Source: a virus
Lineage: Duplodnaviria; Caudoviricetes
Virus record (IMG/VR): IMGVR_UViG_3300008085_000094
Coordinates: 1 to 29,147 of that record
DNA length: 29,147 nt
Strand: one strand, 5' to 3'
This document shows, piece after piece, positions 6,775-15,973 of this stretch; the stretch's first letter is position 1, and each line of letters begins with the position of its first letter. The notes under the pieces were generated by a model. It did no database searches. It was given only the letters and a program-made list of their open reading frames with translations, and was not told the DNA's origin. The translations under genes were made by a program, and so were the position numbers.

Positions 6775-7375
6775 AAAGGCTGATGAAAGGCTCAAAAGCA
6801 GGATAAATACAAAAGCATTTGATGTAGAAGAGTTCCCAGAAGATGGAATGGTCAGGGTATGCGTGTCTCCTAAATTACTGGAGATGAACCCGAATCTCCA
6901 GGGTGTCATACTCGGTAAATGTAACTCACTCTCTAATGAAGATAAGGAAATTCTTAGGTATTGGAATAAAACTTATAAAATTGGAGATGTCAACGATGAA
7001 GGTATCATCTACTACCAGAATGAATATAGCTCGTATTTTGTTGAACTCGAAGAACTATGTGAACATGAAGTTGATAACATTGACGTATTGACAGAGGGTT
7101 TTACAGTATCATTCAAAAAGAGTGAGGCCTTCAAAACGCTATTTGATCTAGATCCAGAGCAGTTCGTAGAGATCTTGTTTTCTCTAAATGATGTATTCTT
7201 TGACGAAAACATTGCACCAAAAGATGCTGATTTAGTAGATGTGTCCAGTGACATGCCAAATACTACCTCGTTCAGTGTATTTATTAAGATAGGGGACTTT
7301 CAAGAATCTCCTGGCGATTATGTACATCTGAATTTATTCAACTATGATCTGATGGACTACGGTTACTACTATTAA
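6752..7375 (+). CDS. Acidic hypothetical protein overlapping the radical SAM-NTase gene
   Basis: 207-aa ORF; Asp/Glu-rich C-terminal two thirds. Confidence 0.75.
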   Translation: MPIMYVDKKADERLKSRINTKAFDVEEFPEDGMVRVCVSPKLLEMNPNLQGVILGKCNSLSNEDKEILRYWNKTYKIGDVNDEGIIYYQNEYSSYFVELEELCEHEVDNIDVLTEGFTVSFKKSEAFKTLFDLDPEQFVEILFSLNDVFFDENIAPKDADLVDVSSDMPNTTSFSVFIKIGDFQESPGDYVHLNLFNYDLMDYGYYY

Positions 7376-7384
7376 GGACAAAAT

Positions 7385-7618
7385 ATGAATGTTATAAAAT
7401 TGCAGGATTTACCGTATGGAGAATGTTGTACTTTTCCGAAGTTTAATAACAACATGCTATGCATGCGGCTACAGACAAATCAAGAAAATGTTACTATAGT
7501 AATTAACTCTGGAAATAATAAACTTTGTAAAATGCTGGAGCTGGAGACCGGTACTATTAGATTAGTCTCCCCATGGACAGAATGCATTCCAAGAGACGCA
7601 AAAGTAGTTGTAGCATAG
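7385..7618 (+). CDS. Hypothetical protein
   Basis: TAAGGA RBS. Confidence 0.65.
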   Translation: MNVIKLQDLPYGECCTFPKFNNNMLCMRLQTNQENVTIVINSGNNKLCKMLELETGTIRLVSPWTECIPRDAKVVVA

Positions 7619-7685
7619 TTGCAGCCCCCGGTTTACGGTTAGCCATATAAACCGTCTATAAATTAAAAACTAAAAGAGGTAAATT

Positions 7686-7820
7686 ATGAACAAGAAGCAA
7701 CAAGAATTTTATGCCAAGGTGGCCCTTTCAATAGTGGTCTTCTGTGTTAGCATTAAATTCGCAGCAGTTGCTTCTTTGTTTGTGTCATTGTATGTAACAT
7801 TTCTGATTATGCGGAGCTAA
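7686..7820 (+). CDS. 44-aa membrane peptide coupled to the RNAP gene (not in ORF track)
   Basis: GAGGT RBS; hydrophobic; TAATG overlap with the RNAP start. Confidence 0.6.
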   Translation: MNKKQQEFYAKVALSIVVFCVSIKFAAVASLFVSLYVTFLIMRS

Positions 7821-10060
7821 TGAAGAAAAAGATATTAGCATCACTGAAGAGGAGGTACCTCACTGAGATTACAAGTAGAATCTCTTTGAAGTACCTCCTC
7901 AAAGGAAAGGCAGAGGAGTATATAGATACCGTGCTAGCTACGGTATACCTATATACAAGACCAAAGAAAGGAAAGAAGAGCACCTCTATCTACTTCACAG
8001 AAGTGGCTTGTGCTATTGGCCATAGGGTAATGGCTAGATACAAGATGAAGAAAGACTCAGCACTGGCAGTCAGGACTGGCTCCTTCCTTTTATACACTTT
8101 TGAAGAACTGGGTATTCTCCAAGTTGTAATGGGTGCAGGGAATAATGGTCACCAATCTTATATTATTCAGGTCATAGATGATGAGGCTATTTCAAAGCTT
8201 TGGAATGACATAGCCAAGGGTGGTTCCACTAAGCTACCGTTACTTGAGCCAGCAGCTCCATGGACAAGCACACGACATGCTTCCGGTGTCTTAATGATCA
8301 AGACTTCTGATCCAGATGTGCTGGAAAAGGTAACCCCAGAGAATAATCCAGTTATCTACAATATGCTCAACAAATCCCAAGCAATCGGTTGGAGAGTTAA
8401 TGAAGAAGTTTATAGAATTTACTTGTGGGCACTAAAGAACAAGACAGAGGCATTCTCAGACATCTGGACTCAACAAAATCCAGAGGCAAGGAAGACCAAA
8501 ATAAGAGAGGCCAAGGCTATCGGGGATATAGCCAAGCGCTATATAGGAAAGACGTTCTATCACCTTTATAGCCTTGACTTTAGAGGAAGGAAGTATACTA
8601 ATACAGCCTACTTCCATGAACAGGGTTCTGATCTTTCAAGAGGCCTACTTCTAAGAGATGAGAAGAAGCCTATCGGTGAAGGTGGTTTCTTTTGGTTATT
8701 GGTCTCATTAGCCTCTAATTGGGCCGGAGACTCTGGATTGATTAAAGGCGGAAAGACTGATAAGATTCCATTACAATCAAGGTTCGATTGGGTAATGGAG
8801 AATGAGAACTTGATCTTGGAGTTTGCTGAAGATCCAAGGAATAATCAGGGCTGGATGAAGGCTGATAAGCCTTGGCAGTTTCTTGCAGCTTGTATAGAGC
8901 TTAAAAATCTACGGATATGGCAGAGTAACTACGGCGCTAGTTTCACTGACTATTCATACGAATCACATTTAGAGGTGTTCATCGACGGAACCAACAACGG
9001 ATCACAACATTTGTCAGCATTGACTCGAGATGAGGTTACTGCACCACACGTGAATCTAGTACCATCGGACCTTCCAGGCGACCTTTACATGTATGTAGCT
9101 CAGCATGTATGGTCCCGCATAGATGCAGCTGTAGCGCAGCTCGACCCAATAGAGCTTCACAAGATTAATTGGTACATAGATAGTTTGATCGAGTTAAAGA
9201 AGAAAATAGCAGAAGCTGAGCATGGTACTGAAGAGAGGAAGTTACGAATAGATGAGATAAGAGCCTTCAAGCTGAAGCATAAAGGGCTTGGAGATAAATC
9301 ATCCGCAGTGTTTTGGTCTCGAATCAAATGCAACAAGCAAAGAAGAAAAATAGTGAAGAGAGGTGTAATGGTTCTTCCGTATGGTGGAACTAAGTATGGA
9401 TTAAGTCAACAAGTAATAGATGATTCAAAGAAGCATGGAATAAATCTATTGCTATATCTAGAGCATCAATGGGGCTCATATTTAGGAGGAGAGATTTATG
9501 AAGACTGTAGAGTATCATTAAAACGTCCAATGCAACTGCTAGAGCTTTTTGAAGCAGCCGGTAGAAGAGCTGAGATAGAGGGCAAGTTTCTTAGCTGGAC
9601 TACACCTGTAACTAATTTCCCTGTTGTGCAACATTATGTAGAAGGTACTGTAAAGAAGATATGGTGTCAGTACGGGTCTCCAAAAGGTGGAAAGCAGAAC
9701 ACAGGATACTATGAAAATACATTTCAACTTGCTGTATGTTTTGTAGAAACCACAACACCTTCAAAAGGGAAGCAAGCTCAAGGTGCAAGTCCGAACTGCA
9801 TACACAGTTTAGATGCAGCTCATTTAGCCATGATTTGTGATCAAGCAGATTTCGGAGTGACAACAGTACATGACAGTTTTGGTTGTCTGTTAAGTGACAT
9901 GCCTAAACTATATAAGTTGACAAGGTCAACATTTGTCGAGTTATACGAGAAAGATCCTTTAAGATCACTTATGAAGGATATTGGTGGTGATATCAACGAT
10001 GTGCAAATGGGTAGCTTAGATATTACTCTAATCAAAGATAGTGAGTACTGTTTCTCATGA
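7820..10060 (+). CDS. Single-subunit (T7/T3-type) DNA-directed RNA polymerase
   Basis: DFRGRKY, motif A DGTNNGSQH, motif B RKIVKRGVMVLPYG, PNCIHSLDAAHL, motif C VHDSF. Confidence 0.97.
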   Translation: MKKKILASLKRRYLTEITSRISLKYLLKGKAEEYIDTVLATVYLYTRPKKGKKSTSIYFTEVACAIGHRVMARYKMKKDSALAVRTGSFLLYTFEELGILQVVMGAGNNGHQSYIIQVIDDEAISKLWNDIAKGGSTKLPLLEPAAPWTSTRHASGVLMIKTSDPDVLEKVTPENNPVIYNMLNKSQAIGWRVNEEVYRIYLWALKNKTEAFSDIWTQQNPEARKTKIREAKAIGDIAKRYIGKTFYHLYSLDFRGRKYTNTAYFHEQGSDLSRGLLLRDEKKPIGEGGFFWLLVSLASNWAGDSGLIKGGKTDKIPLQSRFDWVMENENLILEFAEDPRNNQGWMKADKPWQFLAACIELKNLRIWQSNYGASFTDYSYESHLEVFIDGTNNGSQHLSALTRDEVTAPHVNLVPSDLPGDLYMYVAQHVWSRIDAAVAQLDPIELHKINWYIDSLIELKKKIAEAEHGTEERKLRIDEIRAFKLKHKGLGDKSSAVFWSRIKCNKQRRKIVKRGVMVLPYGGTKYGLSQQVIDDSKKHGINLLLYLEHQWGSYLGGEIYEDCRVSLKRPMQLLELFEAAGRRAEIEGKFLSWTTPVTNFPVVQHYVEGTVKKIWCQYGSPKGGKQNTGYYENTFQLAVCFVETTTPSKGKQAQGASPNCIHSLDAAHLAMICDQADFGVTTVHDSFGCLLSDMPKLYKLTRSTFVELYEKDPLRSLMKDIGGDINDVQMGSLDITLIKDSEYCFS

Positions 10061-10069
10061 GGAGGATGT

Positions 10070-10264
10070 ATAATTAAAACTGAATCACATTTTTAGGGTT
10101 TAGAGCTCAGCTGCGATAATAAAGATATAGGAGGCTTTACTGTGCTTAAACAAATAGTTGATCTATTTAATGAAAATGGCATCAAAGGTGCATACGATGC
10201 TGAGCCGGAAGATTTAAAAATCGTAGAGTATAGTGGTAAATTTTGCGTGGACATTTGTAGATGA
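10070..10264 (+). pseudogene. Small gene with ATA start and in-frame TAG at 10094
   Basis: GGAGG RBS; frame fills the gap after RNAP and ends in an ATGA overlap with the next ORF. Confidence 0.5.
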
Positions 10265-10476
10265 TTGACAATTATGTTGCAGAGGAGTGGCAGCCTTACC
10301 AGTCAGAGTATTTGGTGTCAAAATCTGGTAGAGTTAAAAGAATAGTTGAACCAATTTACTTAAGGGAGAATCCTGATTTAAAGACTTATAATATTAATGG
10401 AAAAAGTTGCGTACATATAAACAAAGCGTACATAGAAGTAGACGAAATACTATCAATAACATTCAAGGGAAATTAA
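10261..10476 (+). CDS. NUMOD4-like domain protein (homing endonuclease remnant, no HNH)
   Basis: EEWQPY..EYLVSKSGRVKR resembles the NUMOD4 motif. Confidence 0.6.
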   Translation: MIDNYVAEEWQPYQSEYLVSKSGRVKRIVEPIYLRENPDLKTYNINGKSCVHINKAYIEVDEILSITFKGN

Positions 10477-10478
10477 AA

Positions 10479-11000
10479 ATGGCAATTATTAATAATGCAG
10501 AAGTATATTTCGCAAAATTAGACCCCTCTCGTCCAAATCGTAAATACCCAGACAAGCCAACATGGGACATCGTTCTTAGAACTACTTCAAAGATGCAGAA
10601 AAAAGAGTGGGAAACACTAAGACTCAATGTTAAAGCTGTAGTACCGGATGATGATAGCGAAACGTATTTCCAGACGACATTGAGAAAAAGAACAGTGAAG
10701 TCAGATGGAACACCATCTGGCCCTGTTGAAGTGGTTAATGGAGATAACGAACCAGTGGATCCAAACACAATTGGAAATGGCTCTATCGCAAATATAAGAA
10801 TATTTCATTATGAGTATCCTCAAGGCGACACTAAAATTATGAAGACTGCCAGCGTTCTAATGGGTGTTCAATTAACCAAACACTACTTATATATACCTGC
10901 GCCCAGGGAAACATTTGAAAAAACAGAGACACAAGTTATCATGCCTACGGGTGTGAATGATGTAGGTGTTGATACAGGTGAAGAAGACCTACCGTTTTGA
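10479..11000 (+). CDS. Single-stranded DNA-binding protein (T7 gp2.5-like)
   Basis: IGNGSIANIRI and LMGVQL strands, acidic tail ending EEDLPF, located in the replication module. Confidence 0.8.
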   Translation: MAIINNAEVYFAKLDPSRPNRKYPDKPTWDIVLRTTSKMQKKEWETLRLNVKAVVPDDDSETYFQTTLRKRTVKSDGTPSGPVEVVNGDNEPVDPNTIGNGSIANIRIFHYEYPQGDTKIMKTASVLMGVQLTKHYLYIPAPRETFEKTETQVIMPTGVNDVGVDTGEEDLPF

Positions 11001-11019
11001 TATAACTAAATAGATACGA

Positions 11020-11185
11020 ATGGGAGTGGCGGAATTGGTAGACGCCCAAAAACGTGAGGCCGGACGCGAGAGGTACAGGTAACGACACCCAAGGCCAGGA
11101 GCGCAAGGGCAAGGTATCCAGGTCGATTCTAGGATAATAGCCTCGATGAATAAATCCGGTGCAGGTTCGAATCCTGCCTCTCATT
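11020..11185 (+). ncRNA. tRNA-like RNA with ~115-nt insert replacing the anticodon and variable arms
   Basis: Acceptor stem ATGGGAG/CTCTCAT, tRNA-Leu-type D-arm TGGCGGAATTGGTAGACGC, T-arm GCAGG-TTCGAAT-CCTGC; no canonical anticodon arm and no encoded CCA. Confidence 0.8.
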
Positions 11186-11205
11186 CTTTTTAAGGAGATA
11201 ACTTA

Positions 11206-11409
11206 ATGACAAAATTTCGATGTATTACAGAAGCAGAAGCAGCAGAGATTGCAAATAGCAGTGAGCAAGGTAGAATGCTAGTTATGGAAAGAGATTTACT
11301 TCGCGAGCTTGTGGAGGCAAAAGATGAATATATTTCATGTTACAAGATGGGACGACACCCAACAGAAAAATTATTTATGAAATTAAAAAACCTTTCACAG
11401 AGGCTTTAA
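11206..11409 (+). CDS. Hypothetical protein
   Basis: TAAGGAG RBS. Confidence 0.7.
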   Translation: MTKFRCITEAEAAEIANSSEQGRMLVMERDLLRELVEAKDEYISCYKMGRHPTEKLFMKLKNLSQRL

Positions 11410-11667
11410 ATGGGATATACAGAAGATGAGGCAATGGTTAGAGTTGACTTCTTTAAACCAAAAGGTAAATGATATGAAACAGAAGCTGTTAAATGGACAG
11501 GTGAGTGGAAGGGTAGTAGGCAACTCATCCATGACGCATTTAAGCAGTCTTTAAGAGACCATTTCAAAGATTGTCTAGAACGACTTTTAGATATGGATGC
11601 TATATGTTTACATCCATACTATGAGTATGCCCACCCTATTCAATTAAAAGCAGGAAGTTGGAGATAA
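11410..11667 (+). pseudogene. Phage protein interrupted by in-frame TGA at 11470
   Basis: MGYTEDEAMVRVDFFKPKGK*YETEAVKW...HPYYEYAHPIQL fills the gap between neighbours; GK*Y looks like GKWY. Confidence 0.7.
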
Positions 11668-11668
11668 T

Positions 11669-11959
11669 ATGACAATTAAGCAAGCAGTAGACCCAGCTCA
11701 TTATCAAGGGTATGTCGATTCAATGCAATGGATAGACACTATGAGTAGAATCCCAAGCTTGAGAGATCCGGCAGCGTTCAAAGGGGCTTTGGAGCTACAA
11801 ATAAGGAAGTATTTAGACCGAAATGGTCAGAAAGATAATGAGTTACAAGAACTAATGAAGGCCAGGTGGTACCTGACGTATCTATGCGCGTATGTGGCAA
11901 ATGATAATACGCCAATCAAAGTCGCAGAAATAGCCAAAATTCTTAAGGGAATAGAATGA
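11669..11959 (+). CDS. DUF3310-like protein (T7 gp1.7 nucleotide-kinase-like family)
   Basis: AVDPAHYQ...KYLDRNGQKD...ELMKARWYL. Confidence 0.75.
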   Translation: MTIKQAVDPAHYQGYVDSMQWIDTMSRIPSLRDPAAFKGALELQIRKYLDRNGQKDNELQELMKARWYLTYLCAYVANDNTPIKVAEIAKILKGIE

Positions 11960-13941
11960 GCAAATGGGTTATCGATATCGAGGCGAATGGCCTACATGAT
12001 TGTGATAGAATGTGGGTTATACATGGTTATAACTTTGTAACAGACACTCATAAATACTGGCTTGAAGGCGATCTAAGTTGGAAAGAAGAACTGGGACAAG
12101 CTAAGCTTATAGTTGGGCACAACATAATCAGTTATGATAAATTTGTACTGAAAAGACTATTTGATTTTGATCCTGCTGATGACTGTATGGTCCATGATAC
12201 GATGCTACTTTCACTAATCTTAAACTATAAGAGATTCGGTAAGCAAGGACATAGTTTAGATAACTGGGGCGCTCTACTGAGAAAGCCAAAGATGGACTGG
12301 CTAGGCCATCTGATCAAGATAGGTTTTCTACCAGAAGGCGCTACTAAGGCAGATGCTTTTGCACAATGGCACCCTGACATGCTAGATTATGTCAAGCAAG
12401 ATGTAATTGTCACATATGAGACCTATAAGATCCTTTTAAGCGAGTTTAAAACCACTGTAGCGAGGGAGCCTAACTTAAAGCCATATGTTCAAGCTGAACA
12501 CTATGTAGCAGAGTTCTGTTCTGAAGCTAAAAGAATAGGCTGGCCATTTGATTTGGAGGGTGCTAAGGCGCTTCTAGTAGAATTAGAAAGAACTATGAAC
12601 CTGGCATACGATGCACTGAGTGCTAATCTTGGCTACAAGTGTGTACCACTTGATAAGGTAAAGGGTATCGTTGAATCGAAGAGGCCAAGATGGACAAAGC
12701 ATGGCTTGTATGACGCTAGAATGGCTGAATACTTTGGTGTTGATCCAATATCGGGTTTAGATGATCCAGAGTTAAACGCCTGTATTGGACACAGACAAAT
12801 CCAAGGCGAATACTCTAGAGTGTCTTTTCCTGCTCTAGATTTAAATAGTATTCAGGATGTTAAGATATTCCTATTCAGAAATGGGTGGGAGCCAACTTCC
12901 TGGAACTATAAAATGGTTGAGACTGAAGGCTTTAATGGAAAGCCGAAGATGAAAAGGGAGAAGACTTCACCAAAAATAACTGAGGATAGTTTAGAGTGTT
13001 TAGGAGGCAATGCTAAACTATACGTAGACTTTCTAGTTGCAAGAAGTAGACACTCAATCGTAAAGACCTGGATTGAGAACACAGACTCTGATGGAATGCT
13101 ACATGGTGATTGTATGACTATCGGTACACCATCAATGAGAATGCGGCATAGTGTTATTGTGAATGTACCCTCAGGGGATGTAGATAAAGCTGGCAATGCT
13201 GTATCAGAATGGGGCCCAGAGATGAGAGCCTTGTTCAGAGTATATGACGGATGGAAGCAAGTTGGCTGTGACTCTGCAGGTAATCAGGTCCGTGGATTGG
13301 CTCATTATCTAGAAGATAAGGATTTTATTGAACTACTGCTACACGGGGATATCCACCAAAGGAATGCTGATACTCTTACAGAGATACTATTGGAAGTATT
13401 TAAGATGACGCATGAAGTGCCAAGGCCCAGAGCTAAAAGGATCTTATATGCTTTCTTGTTTGGTGCTGGAGGTGATAAGCTCTGGAGTTACGTATTTGAT
13501 GTCTTTGACAAACCAAAAGGTAATAAGCTAAAGACAGCTTTCATTAAGGCAGTTCCAGGATTGTCTGAATTGTTAGACAAATTAGCTGCAATCTATGCAT
13601 CCACAGCTAAGAGAGGAGAGGGTTACATCTACGGGATAGCTGGAAATAGGCTCTATGTAGACTCACTCCATAAGTTGTTAGTATATCTTTTACAAGCTTG
13701 CGAAAAAGCCACTTGTGGGTGCGCATTGATGTATGCGATGCGTAAGTTTAAGGAGGAGAAAATACCATATATACCTTTGATCTTTATGCATGATGAGTTC
13801 CAAGTCATGACACCTGAGAAGTATGCTGATAGAGTTCTGGAGATAGGTGTAGAGGCTTTCAGAGAAGGTCCGAAGATGTTAGGAGTTACTATCATGGATG
13901 GTGATGGCAAAATAGGTAAAAACTGGCTGGACTGCCACTGA
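11956..13941 (+). CDS. Family A DNA polymerase with 3'-5' exonuclease
   Basis: Exo I DIEANG, Exo II GHNIISYD, Exo III YVKQD; motif A CDSAGNQVR, motif B RPRAKRILYAFLFG, motif C MHDEFQ. Confidence 0.96.
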   Translation: MSKWVIDIEANGLHDCDRMWVIHGYNFVTDTHKYWLEGDLSWKEELGQAKLIVGHNIISYDKFVLKRLFDFDPADDCMVHDTMLLSLILNYKRFGKQGHSLDNWGALLRKPKMDWLGHLIKIGFLPEGATKADAFAQWHPDMLDYVKQDVIVTYETYKILLSEFKTTVAREPNLKPYVQAEHYVAEFCSEAKRIGWPFDLEGAKALLVELERTMNLAYDALSANLGYKCVPLDKVKGIVESKRPRWTKHGLYDARMAEYFGVDPISGLDDPELNACIGHRQIQGEYSRVSFPALDLNSIQDVKIFLFRNGWEPTSWNYKMVETEGFNGKPKMKREKTSPKITEDSLECLGGNAKLYVDFLVARSRHSIVKTWIENTDSDGMLHGDCMTIGTPSMRMRHSVIVNVPSGDVDKAGNAVSEWGPEMRALFRVYDGWKQVGCDSAGNQVRGLAHYLEDKDFIELLLHGDIHQRNADTLTEILLEVFKMTHEVPRPRAKRILYAFLFGAGGDKLWSYVFDVFDKPKGNKLKTAFIKAVPGLSELLDKLAAIYASTAKRGEGYIYGIAGNRLYVDSLHKLLVYLLQACEKATCGCALMYAMRKFKEEKIPYIPLIFMHDEFQVMTPEKYADRVLEIGVEAFREGPKMLGVTIMDGDGKIGKNWLDCH

Positions 13942-13951
13942 TAGGAGATAT

Positions 13952-14161
13952 ATGTTTAAGCAAGGTGATTTAATAGTTCATTTAAAATCAGGAAAGATAT
14001 ACATAATTAATGGGGTACCAAGAGATGACTTTAGACTAGAATCCAACTTGGACACCTTCTATTCGTACCACAGCACTCCATATTATAAAGGAGATATAGT
14101 GTGGGTTAGGTGTAAAAGTGAGATGGAGGATGGGAGATTCACACTATGTGAGGTGAATTAA
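13952..14161 (+). CDS. Hypothetical small beta-barrel-like protein
   Basis: AGGAGA RBS; HLKSGKIY...WVR..SEMEDGRF. Confidence 0.7.
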   Translation: MFKQGDLIVHLKSGKIYIINGVPRDDFRLESNLDTFYSYHSTPYYKGDIVWVRCKSEMEDGRFTLCEVN

Positions 14162-14376
14162 TGATAGGCGTGTATGTAAGGTTCAGGAACATGGGGCAGT
14201 GGTCAAAACCATACACATATAAGACAGAGTTAGACTTAGAGTATGGTGATCTTATACTAGTTCCCACTGGTGACTTCTTTTCTGTGGCAAAGGTGGTTAA
14301 GGTAACTGATAAACTTAATCTGGAAATTGGTTATAGAAAGGTAATACAAAAATTAGGGATGAAATCGTTAATATGA
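14161..14376 (+). CDS. Hypothetical phage protein
   Basis: GAGGTG RBS; KPYTYK...GDLILVP. Confidence 0.7.
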   Translation: MIGVYVRFRNMGQWSKPYTYKTELDLEYGDLILVPTGDFFSVAKVVKVTDKLNLEIGYRKVIQKLGMKSLI

Positions 14377-14654
14377 CAAGACAAGAATACCTATTAGTGT
14401 GCTTAATAGAAGAACTATCAGAGGTGCAGAAAGAACTGAGTAAATGCCTCAGATTCGGACCAGAGCATAGATACAACGGTGTATCTAACTTGGAAAGAGC
14501 ACTCTCTGAGCTTGAGGATGTAGAAGCGATAAGAGCACTTTTAGCAAAGGAGAATTTAAAACTATACCCTGCTTTAGGGAATAAGCACGTAGACAAGGTA
14601 AATTCAACGGTAGAGTTGATGGAATTGTCTAGGAGGCTTGGTATCATATGTTAG
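14373..14654 (+). CDS. MazG-like nucleotide pyrophosphohydrolase
   Basis: IEELSEVQKELSKCLRFG...SELEDV (EExxE...ExxD). Confidence 0.7.
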   Translation: MTRQEYLLVCLIEELSEVQKELSKCLRFGPEHRYNGVSNLERALSELEDVEAIRALLAKENLKLYPALGNKHVDKVNSTVELMELSRRLGIIC

Positions 14655-15529
14655 CGATAATAGACGGGGATATACCTTGCTATTCGTGTTGTCCACCAAG
14701 ATACCAGAGCAATAGCAAGCATGTTTCTTTAGATGCTAACGGTAAATTGATCTATCAAGATATTGTTGAACTGGATAGCGAAGGCAAGTATATAATGCCT
14801 GAGTTTACAGAAGAAGAAAATAGAAGATATATAAATACAGCATGGTCAAATTTTAAATCAAATCACAATAAATTGCTTGACACATTATGGACTAATGACT
14901 ATTTAATGGCGGTAAAGGGCAAAAACAACTACCGGGACCTAATATACCCGGAGTATAAGCAGCCTAGAGTTAAGGCACAGAAAGTTGACAGCAAGTACTC
15001 CTTATCGAAAAAGATAGTACCAATAATTAGGGATAAAGCTGTTGAAGAAGGTTACGCCATAAGAGCAGACGGTAGAGAAGCCGATGATTTTATCAGAATC
15101 TGGGCAGAGGAGTGTAGAGCTGCAGGGAAAGATTATATAATCTGCTCAATGGATAAGGATTTATTATGCATACCAGGTAAACATTATCTGATGCACAATA
15201 ACCTAAGCGATGATAAGAGGATAATTGAAGTGTCAGAAGCAGATGCTTTGAAGTTCTACTATAAGCAAGTCTTAATGGGAGACAATACCGACAATATCCC
15301 AGGGGTCCCAGGCCTTGGACCAAAGACGGCTGATAAGTTGCTTAGTGGCCTGACTGAGGAAGTTGATTTTCAAGAAGTAGTTGTTGAGGCTTATTTTAAT
15401 AAGTATGGTCCGGACGAATGGTATGGCTATATGCTATCTAATTTAAAGATGATACACATACAAAAACATTATCACGATTACTGCCAAGATGTAGTTGATT
15501 GGCCTATAATTAAGGAGCTAGTGTTATGA
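14648..15529 (+). CDS. 5'-3' exonuclease (T7 gp6/FEN-like)
   Basis: IIDGD, YKQPR, EADDFI, SMDKDL, GDNTDNIPGVPGLGPKTA helix-hairpin-helix. Confidence 0.92.
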   Translation: MLAIIDGDIPCYSCCPPRYQSNSKHVSLDANGKLIYQDIVELDSEGKYIMPEFTEEENRRYINTAWSNFKSNHNKLLDTLWTNDYLMAVKGKNNYRDLIYPEYKQPRVKAQKVDSKYSLSKKIVPIIRDKAVEEGYAIRADGREADDFIRIWAEECRAAGKDYIICSMDKDLLCIPGKHYLMHNNLSDDKRIIEVSEADALKFYYKQVLMGDNTDNIPGVPGLGPKTADKLLSGLTEEVDFQEVVVEAYFNKYGPDEWYGYMLSNLKMIHIQKHYHDYCQDVVDWPIIKELVL

Positions 15530-15741
15530 GGGATCTCACACCAAAACAAGCATACAATAAATTAAGAAAACTGGTTGACTGCTACATATCAGTTACTTGC
15601 GAGGAAAAGGGCTTCGGGGATATAAAACTTTCTACAGCTAAAGTAATGTATGCATCGGAACATGGTATTACAAAAGAGTGTGCCACATTCAGAGAAGCCT
15701 TAATTGAAATGGAGAAAATAATAAATAGATATGACGCATAA
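15526..15741 (+). CDS. Hypothetical protein
   Basis: AAGGAG RBS; ATGA overlap. Confidence 0.65.
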   Translation: MRDLTPKQAYNKLRKLVDCYISVTCEEKGFGDIKLSTAKVMYASEHGITKECATFREALIEMEKIINRYDA

Positions 15742-15973
15742 AGAAGCTTACGACGCAGCGGAAGCCATGACGAGTAGCAGCTATGTATGCGTGGATACGA
15801 CCTTTGGCACCGGGATGGAAAGTGTAAAGAAAAGAGTATACGTATCGCTACTAGGCTTCACGGACTGGCATTACACACTTAGAGAGTGTATTGAGCAACT
15901 AAAGAAGATGCAAGATGAACATGAGGAGGCAACTCAACTTGAAATTCGAAGGCGTAGTACCGAAGTCGAATAA
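15731..15973 (+). CDS. Hypothetical protein, weakly similar to upstream ORF
   Basis: TPKQAY..CYISVT..TFREALIEMEK versus THKEAY..SYVCVD..TLRECIEQLKK. Confidence 0.6.
   Translation: MTHKEAYDAAEAMTSSSYVCVDTTFGTGMESVKKRVYVSLLGFTDWHYTLRECIEQLKKMQDEHEEATQLEIRRRSTEVE

Noticed and set aside
10261-10476. Active homing endonuclease
   Set aside because: Only the NUMOD4-like N-terminus is present; no HNH catalytic motif.
11020-11185. tmRNA, group I intron-containing tRNA-Leu, or suppressor tRNA
   Set aside because: It has a full D-arm and G4-U69 rather than the G3-U70 of tmRNA; the insert is short for a group I intron with no core motifs recognised; no anticodon stem-loop can be placed.
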